Shown here in pieces: positions 1 through 8,327 of a stretch of DNA of 32,000 nucleotides (positions within the stretch are counted from its first letter, which is position 1; each line of letters opens with the position of its first letter). Made by a program: the position numbers and the translations under genes. The notes below the pieces were generated by a model. The model was not told the DNA's origin. It ran no database searches and saw nothing but the letters and a program-made list of their open reading frames with translations. The stretch is from the NCBI RefSeq assembly GCF_000010625.1, contig NC_010296.1, positions 4,710,001-4,742,000 on the forward strand, read 5' to 3'. This DNA comes from Microcystis aeruginosa NIES-843 (GTDB taxonomy: Bacteria > Cyanobacteriota > Cyanobacteriia > Cyanobacteriales > Microcystaceae).

Positions 1-30
1 TGGGGTGTAGGGTGTAGGGTGTAGGGTGTG
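1..30. repeat. G-rich tandem heptamer repeat (GGGTGTA/GGGGTGT units), cut by the window edge
   Basis: Reads tggggtgtagggtgtagggtgtagggtgtggg. It belongs to the same heptamer family as the G/C tracts inside the MITE copies at 3314-3344, 27177-27200, 27263-27293 and 29779-29838. Confidence 0.7.
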
Positions 31-51
31 GGAAGAATAACTAAAAATAAT

Positions 52-82
52 CTCCTGACCCCTGACTCCTGACTCCTGACTA
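52..82. repeat. Tandem heptamer repeat CCTGAC(C/T), 4 units
   Basis: Units lie at 54-60, 61-67, 68-74 and 75-81. A similar CTGACTA array lies at 8011-8052. Confidence 0.7.
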
Positions 83-583
83 TCACTGCGGGTTAATCAT
101 TGGGGCAGCGGGGAGGGAAGGGGAAGGTATGGGTGCGGGTGTCGGAGAAGCAGCCGGTTGGGGGGAAGTTTCGTTATCTTGGACTAAATAAATTGACTCC
201 ACCTGCTGACTGGTTTGGGGAGTAGCGATAAATCTGCCCTCATCGACAAGATAAGTCATCGTTTCGGCGCGGATACTGTTGCCTTCCTGCAAAACGTAAA
301 CGTTACCCGTCATCACTAAACGACGTTCGCGGCTAAAATACTGAGCTTGAGCAGAAGTGGCCTGCATTTTGCGGGCGGGATAGAACACTTGTACGTTACC
401 CCTCGCAGTAATTACCCCCGTTTTTGAGTTCGCCTCCTGAATATCCGATCGCACTGTCATGGCATTACCTGGTACAATGTTCTGCTGTGCTTTGACTAGG
501 GGAGAATTGCCCAATCCCATGATTAAGCCAGCAGAAACGAGGGCAACTAGCCATCCTCTGATTTTTGCGTATCTTGCTCTCAT
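83..583 (-). CDS. Periplasmic LptA/OstA-like (OstA N-terminal domain) protein with signal peptide
   Basis: 166-aa ORF with an N-terminal hydrophobic signal-like segment. The repeated GNV..(V/L) beta-jellyroll pattern (ARGNVQVFYP..., MTGNVYVLQEGNSIRAETMTY) is typical of OstA_N/LptA. The C-terminal tail is Pro-rich. Confidence 0.7.
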   Translation of the reverse strand: MRARYAKIRGWLVALVSAGLIMGLGNSPLVKAQQNIVPGNAMTVRSDIQEANSKTGVITARGNVQVFYPARKMQATSAQAQYFSRERRLVMTGNVYVLQEGNSIRAETMTYLVDEGRFIATPQTSQQVESIYLVQDNETSPQPAASPTPAPIPSPSLPAAPMINPQ

Positions 584-632
584 AGAAATGTCACCTATAG
601 ACGTAATTGTATTGACTAACTAATCTAGCTTT

Positions 633-1058
633 TTAGAGAACGGGTTGACTTTTGAGGATTTTCGGCAGAGAACAGATAGATCGATCGAGGTGGGGATGAG
701 GATGTTCCTGATTGCTTTTCATCGCTTCTAGCACTGCCGGTAATGCTTGGGGATCAAGATTCTGTAAAAAGTTTAATAGATCCAAACTCTCCCCAACCAA
801 GTGCGTCACGTTGATCCCCTCGTAATCGGGTTGATAGTGTTGCAAACGTCTAACCCCTTCTCCCAAAAGGATTACCGCTCCGCGCCAGTTATTATTTTCC
901 AGATGGTAACAAGCGACAGCAATCTGCAAAATGCCTTGATAAAAGGTTTTTTCAGGCTCTGCGGACTCCATCCACAAAGCCTCCAGGGTATCATGACAAG
1001 CATAGAATTGCTGGCGATTAAATTCGTCGATTCCTTGGCCAAAAGCGGTGGCTGTCAT
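633..1058 (-). CDS. DUF309 domain protein
   Basis: 141-aa ORF. FNRQQFYACHDTLEALW...YQGILQIAVACYHLENNNWRGA matches the DUF309 signature as I recall it. Confidence 0.7.
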   Translation of the reverse strand: MTATAFGQGIDEFNRQQFYACHDTLEALWMESAEPEKTFYQGILQIAVACYHLENNNWRGAVILLGEGVRRLQHYQPDYEGINVTHLVGESLDLLNFLQNLDPQALPAVLEAMKSNQEHPHPHLDRSICSLPKILKSQPVL

Positions 1059-1067
1059 TACCCTAAA

Positions 1068-1427
1068 CTAATGCCCCTTCATCGATTCGCGGACTTCTTG
1101 GATATAGTCGAGGGAAATTATCTGTTCTTCCCCAGCAAACTCGTTATCGGGGGTAATAAATAGCATACAGTGACATTCTTTCCGTTCCCGCATCGGTACA
1201 CAGGGACAATTCCAGAAAGTATTTTTTACCTCCGCTTCTTTGTCTTCGTAGTGACGACAGGGACATAAAGGAGCGCCTAATTCGTCCTTATGACGCGCTA
1301 ATCCCTCAATTACTACGGCTGTCACCGAGAGATCGCTACAGAAATAAGTATTTGTACGTCTAGCGTACTGTTCGGCAAAATTCTTCATCGCCTCAAGACT
1401 CTTATCCGTGTCTGTGATCTGGCTCAT
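1068..1427 (-). CDS. ftrC: Ferredoxin-thioredoxin reductase catalytic (beta) subunit
   Basis: 119 aa. The Cys cluster CPCRHY...WNCPCVPMRERKECHCMLF is the 4Fe-4S/disulfide motif set of the FTR catalytic chain. Confidence 0.9.
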   Translation of the reverse strand: MSQITDTDKSLEAMKNFAEQYARRTNTYFCSDLSVTAVVIEGLARHKDELGAPLCPCRHYEDKEAEVKNTFWNCPCVPMRERKECHCMLFITPDNEFAGEEQIISLDYIQEVRESMKGH

Positions 1428-1682
1428 AGTTATCTTATCTCCCTAGCTTTCTACAAAAAAACTTTTTACTATCCTATCTCGATCCGCTTCCCCTTGGCTG
1501 AGGGGAATTTTTAGAATCTCTTTTGATTTTGCGACCGCTCCCCTTGTTAATCTAATACGATAAAAAGACTCCCTTTGGCCAAAAGCTCGATTTTTTGGCC
1601 AGCAAATCGGAATTATGGGGGCAAAGTTCCTCAAAACCTGTCCTTGATTCCCGCAATCTCTGTCCCCTATCACTACCAGAAC

Positions 1683-1982
1683 ATGATTTTATCTTTCTTG
1701 GAGACAAATAAAATTTCTGACGATAATACACCTTGGTGGCTGAAAATTACCTCCCTTTCCCCCCACTGTATTTACTATTTTGGTCCCTTTGCTTCTTTTG
1801 AGGAAGCACAACAGCATCAGGGGGGTTATCTACAAGATATAGAGTCCGAAGGAGCGCAAGGAATTAGTCTTTCGATCGAGCGGAGTAATCCCCATTATTT
1901 GACCGTTTTTGACGATGGAAATCAGGATCTAGCTAAAACTTTGACTTCCCATGCTCGAACCTTTTCTCGCTTTATTTCTTAA
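1683..1982 (+). CDS. DUF1816-like small cyanobacterial protein
   Basis: The ORF track starts at 1575, but the ATG at 1683 (MILSFLETNK...) is the plausible start. WWLKITSLSPHCIYYFGPFASFEEAQQHQGGYLQDIESEGAQGI resembles DUF1816. Confidence 0.6.
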   Translation: MILSFLETNKISDDNTPWWLKITSLSPHCIYYFGPFASFEEAQQHQGGYLQDIESEGAQGISLSIERSNPHYLTVFDDGNQDLAKTLTSHARTFSRFIS

Positions 1983-2598
1983 GTCTCCCTGTCCTCTTTG
2001 TCAACGGCAGAGCGAGCGAGAGCTTTGCCGTGATTGTGGGCGACAATTACAGTCCTATCGTCAGAATAACCCGCTTTTTCTCTGGCGTGGTTCTATTCCC
2101 CTGTTTATCTGGGGACGCTATGAAGGTAAATTAAAACAGGCGATCGCTAAAATGAAATATGATCGCCATCCCGCTCTCGGCTCTTTGCTAGGCAGTTGCA
2201 TGGGGGAAACTTGGCTCCTTCGTCCTCCCCTCACCGATAAACGTTTGACGGTGATTCCTATCCCTCTCCACCCAGAAAGGTTAAAGGAAAGGGGTTTTAA
2301 TCAAGCAGAAGTCATTGGCGAGGGTTTTTGCCGTTTAACCGGTTATCCTCTGGCTAGTCGCGGATTAATTCGGATTAAGAACACGGCAGCTTTATTTAGT
2401 CTGGCAGCCGAGGAAAGAAAAAAGACGATGCAAGCGGCTTTTCAACTGGGGAAAAATTTACCGAAATCAGTGCCGATTCTCTTAATTGATGATATTTATA
2501 CCACGGGAACCACGATTGAGGAGGCTGTGCAGGTTTTACAAACAGAGGGGTATCGGGTAGTCGGTGCGATCGCTCTTGCCAGTTCCAAAATTAGCTAA
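1951..2598 (+). CDS. ComF-family phosphoribosyltransferase-domain protein
   Basis: 215 aa with an N-terminal CxxC...CxxC zinc-finger-like motif (CPLCQR...CRDCG). The C-terminal PRTase PRPP loop is LLIDDIYTTGTT. Confidence 0.8.
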   Translation: MLEPFLALFLKSPCPLCQRQSERELCRDCGRQLQSYRQNNPLFLWRGSIPLFIWGRYEGKLKQAIAKMKYDRHPALGSLLGSCMGETWLLRPPLTDKRLTVIPIPLHPERLKERGFNQAEVIGEGFCRLTGYPLASRGLIRIKNTAALFSLAAEERKKTMQAAFQLGKNLPKSVPILLIDDIYTTGTTIEEAVQVLQTEGYRVVGAIALASSKIS

Positions 2599-2629
2599 AA
2601 TGCCCAGACGGAATCGGTCTAGGCATTTT
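2597..2629. terminator. Bidirectional hairpin between convergent comF-like and psbX genes
   Basis: aaaatgcccagac ggaatcg gtctaggcatttt forms 8+4 bp arms with one mismatch. A/T runs lie on both sides. Confidence 0.55.
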
Positions 2630-2640
2630 AGGATTTTAAA

Positions 2641-2760
2641 TTAAGTCCGTTTGATCTTGTCGTATTGACTGATGAAAATCAAACCGATAGTAGCAGGGAT
2701 CAGGACGATAGCCGCACCTAAAACAAGGCTCCAGAGAAAGTTAGCTAAAGAGGGTGTCAT
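2641..2760 (-). CDS. psbX: Photosystem II reaction centre protein X
   Basis: This gene is not in the ORF track because it is under 60 aa. My manual translation of the minus strand gives MTPSLANFLWSLVLGAAIVLIPATIGLIFISQYDKIKRT*, a 39-aa single-TM peptide matching the PsbX consensus from memory. Confidence 0.85.
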   Translation of the reverse strand: MTPSLANFLWSLVLGAAIVLIPATIGLIFISQYDKIKRT

Positions 2761-2978
2761 GATAGATAAATCCTTTGTCATATTTTCAAAGACTTAGTTT
2801 TTTATCTTATCACCTTGGGCGAGAAGACCTCCAGTTCCACGACCAGATAGATGCGATCGCAGGTTTTATATGTCTTCAATCGCTGAAAATAAAATCTCCC
2901 TTGACTTCTCAAGGGGATAGGGATGTTTGACAATAGGTGATAGTTACAAAAGTTCACACTAGATTGGCAAAGATTGTT

Positions 2979-3278
2979 ATGGCTACTGACGATCGCAAAC
3001 GGCGCATTCTCGATCATCTCTCCAGAAGTACCACTGGTGCTGACTATATTCCCAAAAAACCGCTGCCAATTGTGGAAACTCCTCCGGTGGCAGCGGAACC
3101 CGTGGCAGCGCCGCCTCCAGTAACTCCTTCACCGGAATTAACTGCTAAAGAGCGCAAAAGAAAGATAATGTCCCATCTTTCCATGAGTAGTGAAGATTTT
3201 GGCGAAATTACTAGCACTGCCCCCGAAGAAAAGCGCAAACGCCAAATTAATGACCATCTACGCCAAAGCCAAGGATAA
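2979..3278 (+). CDS. Hypothetical protein with three (K/R)KR..I..HL..S repeats and a Pro/Ala-rich linker
   Basis: The ATG at 2979 (MATDDRKRRILDHLSRS) is preferred over the track start at 2937. Repeat motifs are DRKRRILDHLSRS, ERKRKIMSHLSMS and EKRKRQINDHLRQS. Confidence 0.5.
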   Translation: MATDDRKRRILDHLSRSTTGADYIPKKPLPIVETPPVAAEPVAAPPPVTPSPELTAKERKRKIMSHLSMSSEDFGEITSTAPEEKRKRQINDHLRQSQG

Positions 3279-3279
3279 A

Positions 3280-3499
3280 TAGGGTTTGCTGAAAAAGTTT
3301 TTCGGTGGTGGCAGGGTGTGGGGTGTGGGGTGTGGGGTGTGGGGTTTTACCCATTTTCAGGGAGTCAATTACCTAATTTTCAGGGAAAAAGTACCTGAAA
3401 TTTCCCTCCCCAATCACTCCAATCGCTGGCACTTTTTGATTTCAAAAAAGCCTAAAGATATTATCCAACAAGGTTTTTAGATTTATTCAGCAAACCCTA
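3280..3499. mobile_element. MITE-like element with TAGGGTTTGCTGAA termini and an internal GGGGTGT heptamer tract (G-rich strand is +)
   Basis: The 14-bp terminal inverted repeats are tagggtttgctgaa and ttcagcaaacccta. The interior is homologous to 27024-27233 and 29626-29872, which lie in the opposite orientation. Confidence 0.8.
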
Positions 3500-3535
3500 A
3501 ATAGTAAGGAGTGAGAATTAGCAACTAGGCATCTT

Positions 3536-4468
3536 CTAGACTGTTCTCACTCCCTCATTTTCTGCTGTCGATGGGGATAATGACAGTTGTTGCAAATCAG
3601 TTCCTCGCTCTGGCAACAAGGGAATGTTAAAGTTAGTAATGATCGCTTCGGTGATCGGATGACGCAATTTTTCTGTGGAACCCACATGATAAAAATGCTG
3701 TTTAGTATAGATATAAAACTTATCAGCACTCCAATTTTTTTTAATTAAAGGATTGCTTCTAAACTGATTACTGTGCCAAGTGGACAAAATAAACCGACAA
3801 GAAATATCCTTTAAAATAGTCACCAAACAATCTTCATCCTCTTCAGACCAAGAGTTAAAATAATCGGTGTGTCTCCCTAAATAAGGAGGATCGAGATAGA
3901 TCAAGTCTGTTTTTTGCCAATCAGATAAAGTCTCTCGAAAGTCAGCAACTTGAAAATCATAATCAGTTTTAATAAGAATATTTTCTATGGCAATAACTTG
4001 ATTGACTATTTTGGTAATATATGCTTGAGAAAATCGCTCTGATTTATGACAGTAAGGGACGTTAAACTGTCCCTTACGATTGAATCTCATCACGCCATTA
4101 AAACAGGAGCGATTGAGAAATAAAAAATCTAGAGAATTAGGAGATTGATTAAATCTTTCTCGTACTTGATAATAATAACTTTCTCCCTGATCCTTAAGGA
4201 CTTGACCATTTTCTTGCAAAAAAAGCTTCACAGTTTTACTGGTAATAACTTGATTTTTTAGATTATTATAAAACTGGATAATATGAGTATTTGTGTCTGC
4301 AAGTAAAGCCTTTTTGGGATTAATATTAAAAGCCACCACCCCCGATCCAGAAAAGGGTTCTATCCAACGCCCAAAGCTAAGATCAGACACAATATTTTTA
4401 ACATCTTTTACCAATTTAGTTTTAATTCCTTGACACTTAATCGGTGGCACAAGTGGCGTTAACTTCAC
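3536..4468 (-). CDS. Type II N6-adenine DNA methyltransferase, Dam/M.EcoRV-like (D12 class)
   Basis: 310 aa. The AdoMet motif EPFSGSGVV comes before the catalytic LDPPY motif, which is the alpha-group order. The GTG start overlaps the upstream endonuclease stop (TAGTG). Confidence 0.85.
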   Translation of the reverse strand: MKLTPLVPPIKCQGIKTKLVKDVKNIVSDLSFGRWIEPFSGSGVVAFNINPKKALLADTNTHIIQFYNNLKNQVITSKTVKLFLQENGQVLKDQGESYYYQVRERFNQSPNSLDFLFLNRSCFNGVMRFNRKGQFNVPYCHKSERFSQAYITKIVNQVIAIENILIKTDYDFQVADFRETLSDWQKTDLIYLDPPYLGRHTDYFNSWSEEDEDCLVTILKDISCRFILSTWHSNQFRSNPLIKKNWSADKFYIYTKQHFYHVGSTEKLRHPITEAIITNFNIPLLPERGTDLQQLSLSPSTAENEGVRTV

Positions 4469-5331
4469 TAAACACTCTCCTCATTAACAGTAATTTCTTG
4501 ATAGTCTGATGATAAATTAATTATTTCATCTTCACGAAGTTTTAGGGCATCACTACCTCTTTGTTTATATTCAAGATAACTTTTAAGATTGGTATAAGGA
4601 CGAGAGGAATCTACTTGTTTTGCCATATCTGTTGTCAGGTAATACATCCAATAGTCATCATATACTTCTTCTCCTAATAAAGAAAAAATACCTTTTCCTT
4701 CGATTAATTCAGAAATTTTAGTCACAGAACCGATATTTTTTGTATTACCACTACCAGGACTGGAGGAGGCAATTTTATATTTAGGTTGAGCAAAGAATTG
4801 AAAATCTTTAATAACAGAAGGTATTTTTTCTATATCTTCAAGTCTGAAGGATTTTCTCTCATCAGCTACCAGATCGCACTTAGTGTAAATAACACCCAGA
4901 ACATAGTGACCTGAATACTCTTGGTAAGGATATTTTATATTTTTGCAGCTATTCCTCTGTCGAAAGTATCCAGTAAATGTACCTAATGTCATTCCATTGA
5001 CTTCTTGATTATTTTTTCTGTAAGTGCTTTTTATATCCACAGCAAACTTAGCTCCTGTTGGCTCGTGAATAAAGGTCAAATCAGGGTAAAAATTTTGTTG
5101 AGATACTAACTCTATCTTTAATTGGTTACATCTAGCAAAATTATCAAATATGGGAAAAAGAAGCAATTCTAGGATTTTAGAGATGATTTTCGTATCAATA
5201 GATATAGTATATACTTTTTTATGTATATCGATAAAACCCTTAATAATCCATTCACCTTCATTAGTTGACACAGTTTGAGCAAAGGAAGAAGTTTGATGTT
5301 GTAAAAGTTGCAAAAAATGTTCTGGAGTCAT
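4468..5331 (-). CDS. Type II restriction endonuclease, EcoRV family
   Basis: 287 aa. Blocks are colinear with R.EcoRV as I remember it: SIDTKIISKILELL, NFYPDLTF (PD), FAVDIKSTY ((D/E)xK), LGTFTGYF..N.KNIKYPY, GSGNTKNIGS (recognition-loop GSGNTTNIGS in EcoRV) and IEGKGIF...DDYW. Confidence 0.8.
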   Translation of the reverse strand: MTPEHFLQLLQHQTSSFAQTVSTNEGEWIIKGFIDIHKKVYTISIDTKIISKILELLLFPIFDNFARCNQLKIELVSQQNFYPDLTFIHEPTGAKFAVDIKSTYRKNNQEVNGMTLGTFTGYFRQRNSCKNIKYPYQEYSGHYVLGVIYTKCDLVADERKSFRLEDIEKIPSVIKDFQFFAQPKYKIASSSPGSGNTKNIGSVTKISELIEGKGIFSLLGEEVYDDYWMYYLTTDMAKQVDSSRPYTNLKSYLEYKQRGSDALKLREDEIINLSSDYQEITVNEESV

Positions 5332-5359
5332 AAATCTCTCAGATAATCAGTGGCTTTTG

Positions 5360-5452
5360 ATAAGCTGTTCAGTCTCTAAATTTCCGAGCAGATCGAGAAA
5401 AGGCAAGGGTTTCAACACCGTTCACCCACGATTTAAATTGCGAACAGCTTAT
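5360..5452. mobile_element. Small MITE-like element with 11-bp TIR ATAAGCTGTTC/GAACAGCTTAT
   Basis: Perfect inverted repeats lie at 5360-5370 and 5442-5452. The TAAGCT-type termini resemble the IS630-family element at 24237-25470 and the 91-bp element at 12285-12375. Confidence 0.45.
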
Positions 5453-5754
5453 ACACTGTGTAGTTTACACGCTCTAGAGTAAAGAATAGTAAAAACTTCT
5501 ACTGTTAAATCTTGACCATCGAGATAGTCCTTCTCTAATCCAGCTTATCCCAGAAACCATGAGACTCTTGCTAGAACAAATGAACTAAAAAAATCTCTCG
5601 TCACCATTCTTGTCAGAATTATGAGAATTACGTTACATTTAGTTAAGATTTAATTGGCTGCGGGGATTAATATCGAAAAAATAACGTAAAATCCTTGACA
5701 AAAACAGCTAAATGAGTTAAGCAAAAATCTTTATCCTAGAACCACTAAACAAAC

Positions 5755-7641
5755 ATGAAACTATCTTGGAAAACGATTTTACTGTGGACATTGCCCGCCC
5801 TCGTGGTCGGTTTTTTCCTCTGGCAAGGCACTTTTGCCACCGCCACCAGTAATATCGGCAATAACACCGCCACTACCCGCATGACCTACGGACGCTTTCT
5901 AGAATACCTAGACAGTGGTAGGGTTGTCAGCGTCGATCTCTACGAAGGGGGCAGAACCGCGATCGTACAGGCCCTAGATCCAGAACTAGAAAACCGAGTA
6001 CAACGCCTACGGGTCGATTTACCGGCCAATTCCCCGGATTTGATCGCCCGTTTACGCGATTCTAAAATTAGTTTCGATGCTCACCCGATGCGGAATGACG
6101 GCGCTTGGTGGGGATTCCTCGGTAATCTACTTTTCCCCTTTTTGCTGATTGCCGCTCTCTTTTTCCTGTTCCGCCGTTCTAATAATATCCCAGGCGGTCC
6201 GGGTCAAGCGATGAGTTTTGGTAAATCAAAAGCCCGTTTCCAGATGGAAGCGAAAACCGGTATCACCTTTGATGATGTGGCGGGAATTGACGAAGCGAAG
6301 GAAGAATTACAGGAAGTCGTCACTTTCCTCAAACAACCGGAGAAATTTACCGCCGTCGGTGCCAAAATCCCCAAAGGAGTCCTTTTGGTTGGCCCTCCTG
6401 GTACGGGTAAAACCCTGTTGGCTAAAGCGATCGCCGGTGAAGCGGGTGTACCTTTCTTCAGCATTTCCGGTTCGGAATTTGTGGAAATGTTTGTCGGTGT
6501 CGGTGCTTCTCGCGTGCGCGACTTGTTCAAAAAAGCCAAGGAAAATGCTCCCTGTTTAATCTTTATCGATGAAATTGACGCAGTAGGTCGTCAACGGGGT
6601 GCCGGTATCGGTGGTGGTAACGATGAACGGGAACAAACCCTAAACCAATTATTGACAGAAATGGACGGTTTCGAGGGGAATACGGGAATTATCATCATTG
6701 CCGCCACTAACCGCCCCGATGTTCTCGATTCCGCTCTCATGCGTCCGGGCCGTTTTGATCGCCAAGTAACCGTCGATGCGCCCGATTTTAAAGGTCGTTT
6801 AGAGATTTTAGACGTTCACGCCCGCAATAAAAAGCTGGCCAACGACGTTTCCATCGAAGCGATCGCCCGTCGCACTCCAGGGTTCAGTGGAGCAGATTTA
6901 GCCAATTTACTGAACGAAGCGGCAATTTTAACCGCCCGTCGTCGTAAAGATGCCATTACCCTCCTAGAGATAGATGACGCGGTAGATCGCGTTATCGCCG
7001 GTATGGAAGGCACTCCTTTAGTCGATAGCAAGAGCAAGCGCTTAATCGCTTACCATGAAGTGGGTCATGCGATCGTGGGTACGCTCTTAAAAGATCACGA
7101 TCCCGTCCAGAAAGTGACTCTGATTCCCCGGGGCCAGGCCCAGGGTTTAACTTGGTTCACTCCCAACGAAGAACAGGGTTTAACCACGAAAGCTCAGTTA
7201 ATGGCCCGGATTTCCGGTGCTTTAGGTGGTCGGGCAGCCGAGGAAGAAATCTTCGGCTATGATGAGGTGACTACCGGTGCCGGTGGCGATTTACAGCAAG
7301 TCTCTGATATGGCGCGTCAGATGGTGACTCGTTTCGGGATGAGCGATTTGGGTCCTTTGTCCCTAGAAAGTCAAGGGGGTGAAGTGTTCCTCGGTGGCGG
7401 TTTGATGACTCGTTCCGAGTATTCTGAGAAGGTCGCTACTCGCATCGATGATCAGGTGCGCTCGATCGTGGAACACTGCCATGAAATTTCTCGGCAAATT
7501 ATTCGCGATCATCGCGAAGTGATCGATCGAGTGGTGGACCTGCTGATCGAAAAAGAAACGATCGATGGGGGAGAATTCCGGCAAATTGTGGCTGAATACG
7601 CCTACGTTCCCGAAAAAGAACAGTTTGTACCACAGTTATAG
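5755..7641 (+). CDS. ftsH: ATP-dependent zinc metalloprotease FtsH
   Basis: 628 aa with two N-terminal TM segments. It has Walker A GPPGTGKT, Walker B IIFIDEID-type (LIFIDEID), the SRH region and the zinc motif HEVGHA. Confidence 0.95.
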   Translation: MKLSWKTILLWTLPALVVGFFLWQGTFATATSNIGNNTATTRMTYGRFLEYLDSGRVVSVDLYEGGRTAIVQALDPELENRVQRLRVDLPANSPDLIARLRDSKISFDAHPMRNDGAWWGFLGNLLFPFLLIAALFFLFRRSNNIPGGPGQAMSFGKSKARFQMEAKTGITFDDVAGIDEAKEELQEVVTFLKQPEKFTAVGAKIPKGVLLVGPPGTGKTLLAKAIAGEAGVPFFSISGSEFVEMFVGVGASRVRDLFKKAKENAPCLIFIDEIDAVGRQRGAGIGGGNDEREQTLNQLLTEMDGFEGNTGIIIIAATNRPDVLDSALMRPGRFDRQVTVDAPDFKGRLEILDVHARNKKLANDVSIEAIARRTPGFSGADLANLLNEAAILTARRRKDAITLLEIDDAVDRVIAGMEGTPLVDSKSKRLIAYHEVGHAIVGTLLKDHDPVQKVTLIPRGQAQGLTWFTPNEEQGLTTKAQLMARISGALGGRAAEEEIFGYDEVTTGAGGDLQQVSDMARQMVTRFGMSDLGPLSLESQGGEVFLGGGLMTRSEYSEKVATRIDDQVRSIVEHCHEISRQIIRDHREVIDRVVDLLIEKETIDGGEFRQIVAEYAYVPEKEQFVPQL

Positions 7642-7662
7642 GTTGATTTCAATCTATATGCG

Positions 7663-7694
7663 ATCGGGTGGGTTAAGGCTCACCCGATTTTTTT
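7663..7694 (+). terminator. Rho-independent terminator downstream of ftsH
   Basis: The stem atcgggtg / cacccgat is followed by a T7 run. Confidence 0.65.
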
Positions 7695-7702
7695 ATCCTA
7701 GT

Positions 7703-7919
7703 TAGGGTTTGCTGAATAAATGTGAAATGTAGGCAAGGTAAGAGTTTTGTGGCTTTTTTCGCGAAACAGGTGCAAGATTTTGAGAGAATCGTCGTTCAAA
7801 ACCTTGCGTCTTCATCGGCCCGCGTCCTGTAGGGGCGAAGCATTCGGACAATCACCTATCGGTGAAACCGTAGATTTTCTAACCGAATGCTTCGCCCGTA
7901 CTTTTTGCCGCAAACCCTA
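7703..7919. mobile_element. MITE variant sharing the TAGGGTTTGCTGAATAAAT terminus, with a 15-bp perfect internal hairpin
   Basis: The left end is tagggtttgctgaataaatg and the right end is tttttgccgcaaacccta, the same right end as 27311-27328. The internal arms are gggcgaagcattcgg (7833-7847) and ccgaatgcttcgccc (7883-7897). Confidence 0.7.
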
Positions 7920-8010
7920 GTTAAGGGTTCAAAAGCTGCAAAAATAAGGATTAAATTGCCTAAAATCTGTAAATAGACCATTTAATTGATTATTATTCTC
8001 ATTCTTAATT

Positions 8011-8052
8011 CTCCTGACTACTGACTACTGGCTACTGACTCCTAACCCTAAC
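8011..8052. repeat. Tandem heptamer repeat CTGACTA / CTAACC units
   Basis: Reads ctcctgactactgactactggctactgactcctaaccctaac and lies directly downstream of the lipoprotein gene. Confidence 0.6.
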
Positions 8053-8074
8053 AATAATTTTTTGATTTTTACAA

Positions 8075-8290
8075 TTAGTCGTCATCGTCATCGTCATCGT
8101 CTTTATTCTGGTCATTATCACCGTCTTTTTGCTGCTTTTCTCCGTCTTTATCGCTATCTTCGTCTTTTTGCGGCGATTCCACCGTGGTAGGGACGTTTTT
8201 CGGTTCTTCGGCTTCTTTTCCTCCCTGACAAGCACCTAAAACCGTAGTCAAGGTTAACAGAATCAGCAAAACTAAGGATTTCATTTTCAT
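8075..8290 (-). CDS. Small secreted acidic lipoprotein with poly-Asp C-terminus
   Basis: The ATG at 8290 has a GGAGA 8 nt upstream; the track start at 8305 is GTG. The signal peptide plus lipobox reads LLTLTTVLGAC. The mature part is Glu/Asp/Lys-rich and ends in DDDDDDDD, encoded by a GAC/GAT triplet repeat. Confidence 0.7.
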   Translation of the reverse strand: MKMKSLVLLILLTLTTVLGACQGGKEAEEPKNVPTTVESPQKDEDSDKDGEKQQKDGDNDQNKDDDDDDDD

Positions 8291-8327
8291 GGTCTTTCTC
8301 CCCACTCGATCGATAAATATAACAATT

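Noticed and set aside
801-1673. ORFs 801-1163(+) and 1443-1673(-), and the 1575 start of the DUF1816-like ORF.
   Set aside because: The first is antisense to DUF309/ftrC. The second lies in the ftrC upstream region without supporting features. For the third, the 1575-1682 extension has no protein-like character and the ATG at 1683 fits the family N-terminus.
3286-3480. 64-aa ORF (…GVGCGVWG…) and its counterpart 29670-29906 (78 aa).
   Set aside because: Both lie wholly inside MITE copies. Their Gly/Val/Cys/Trp repeats are just the translation of the GGGGTGT heptamer tract. They are not conserved as a frame between copies.
5332-5754. Search for tRNA/tmRNA or other structured RNA genes in this and the other long intergenic regions (7642-8074, 9648-9846, 25471-25812, 31038-31695).
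   Set aside because: I saw no cloverleaf-compatible arms or GTTCGAATC-type T-loops. The regions are explained by MITEs, promoters and AT-rich leaders. This negative result comes from inspection by eye only.
6204-7584. ORFs 6204-6539(-), 6218-6559(+), 6816-7037(-) and 7363-7584(-) inside ftsH. The same applies to 8776-9045(+) in holB, to 10067-10303, 10808-11005 and 11663-11854 in the ATPase, and to 26473-26899 in sbpA.
   Set aside because: These are alternative-frame or antisense ORFs inside strongly supported genes. They have low-complexity or Arg/Ser-rich composition typical of off-frame translation.
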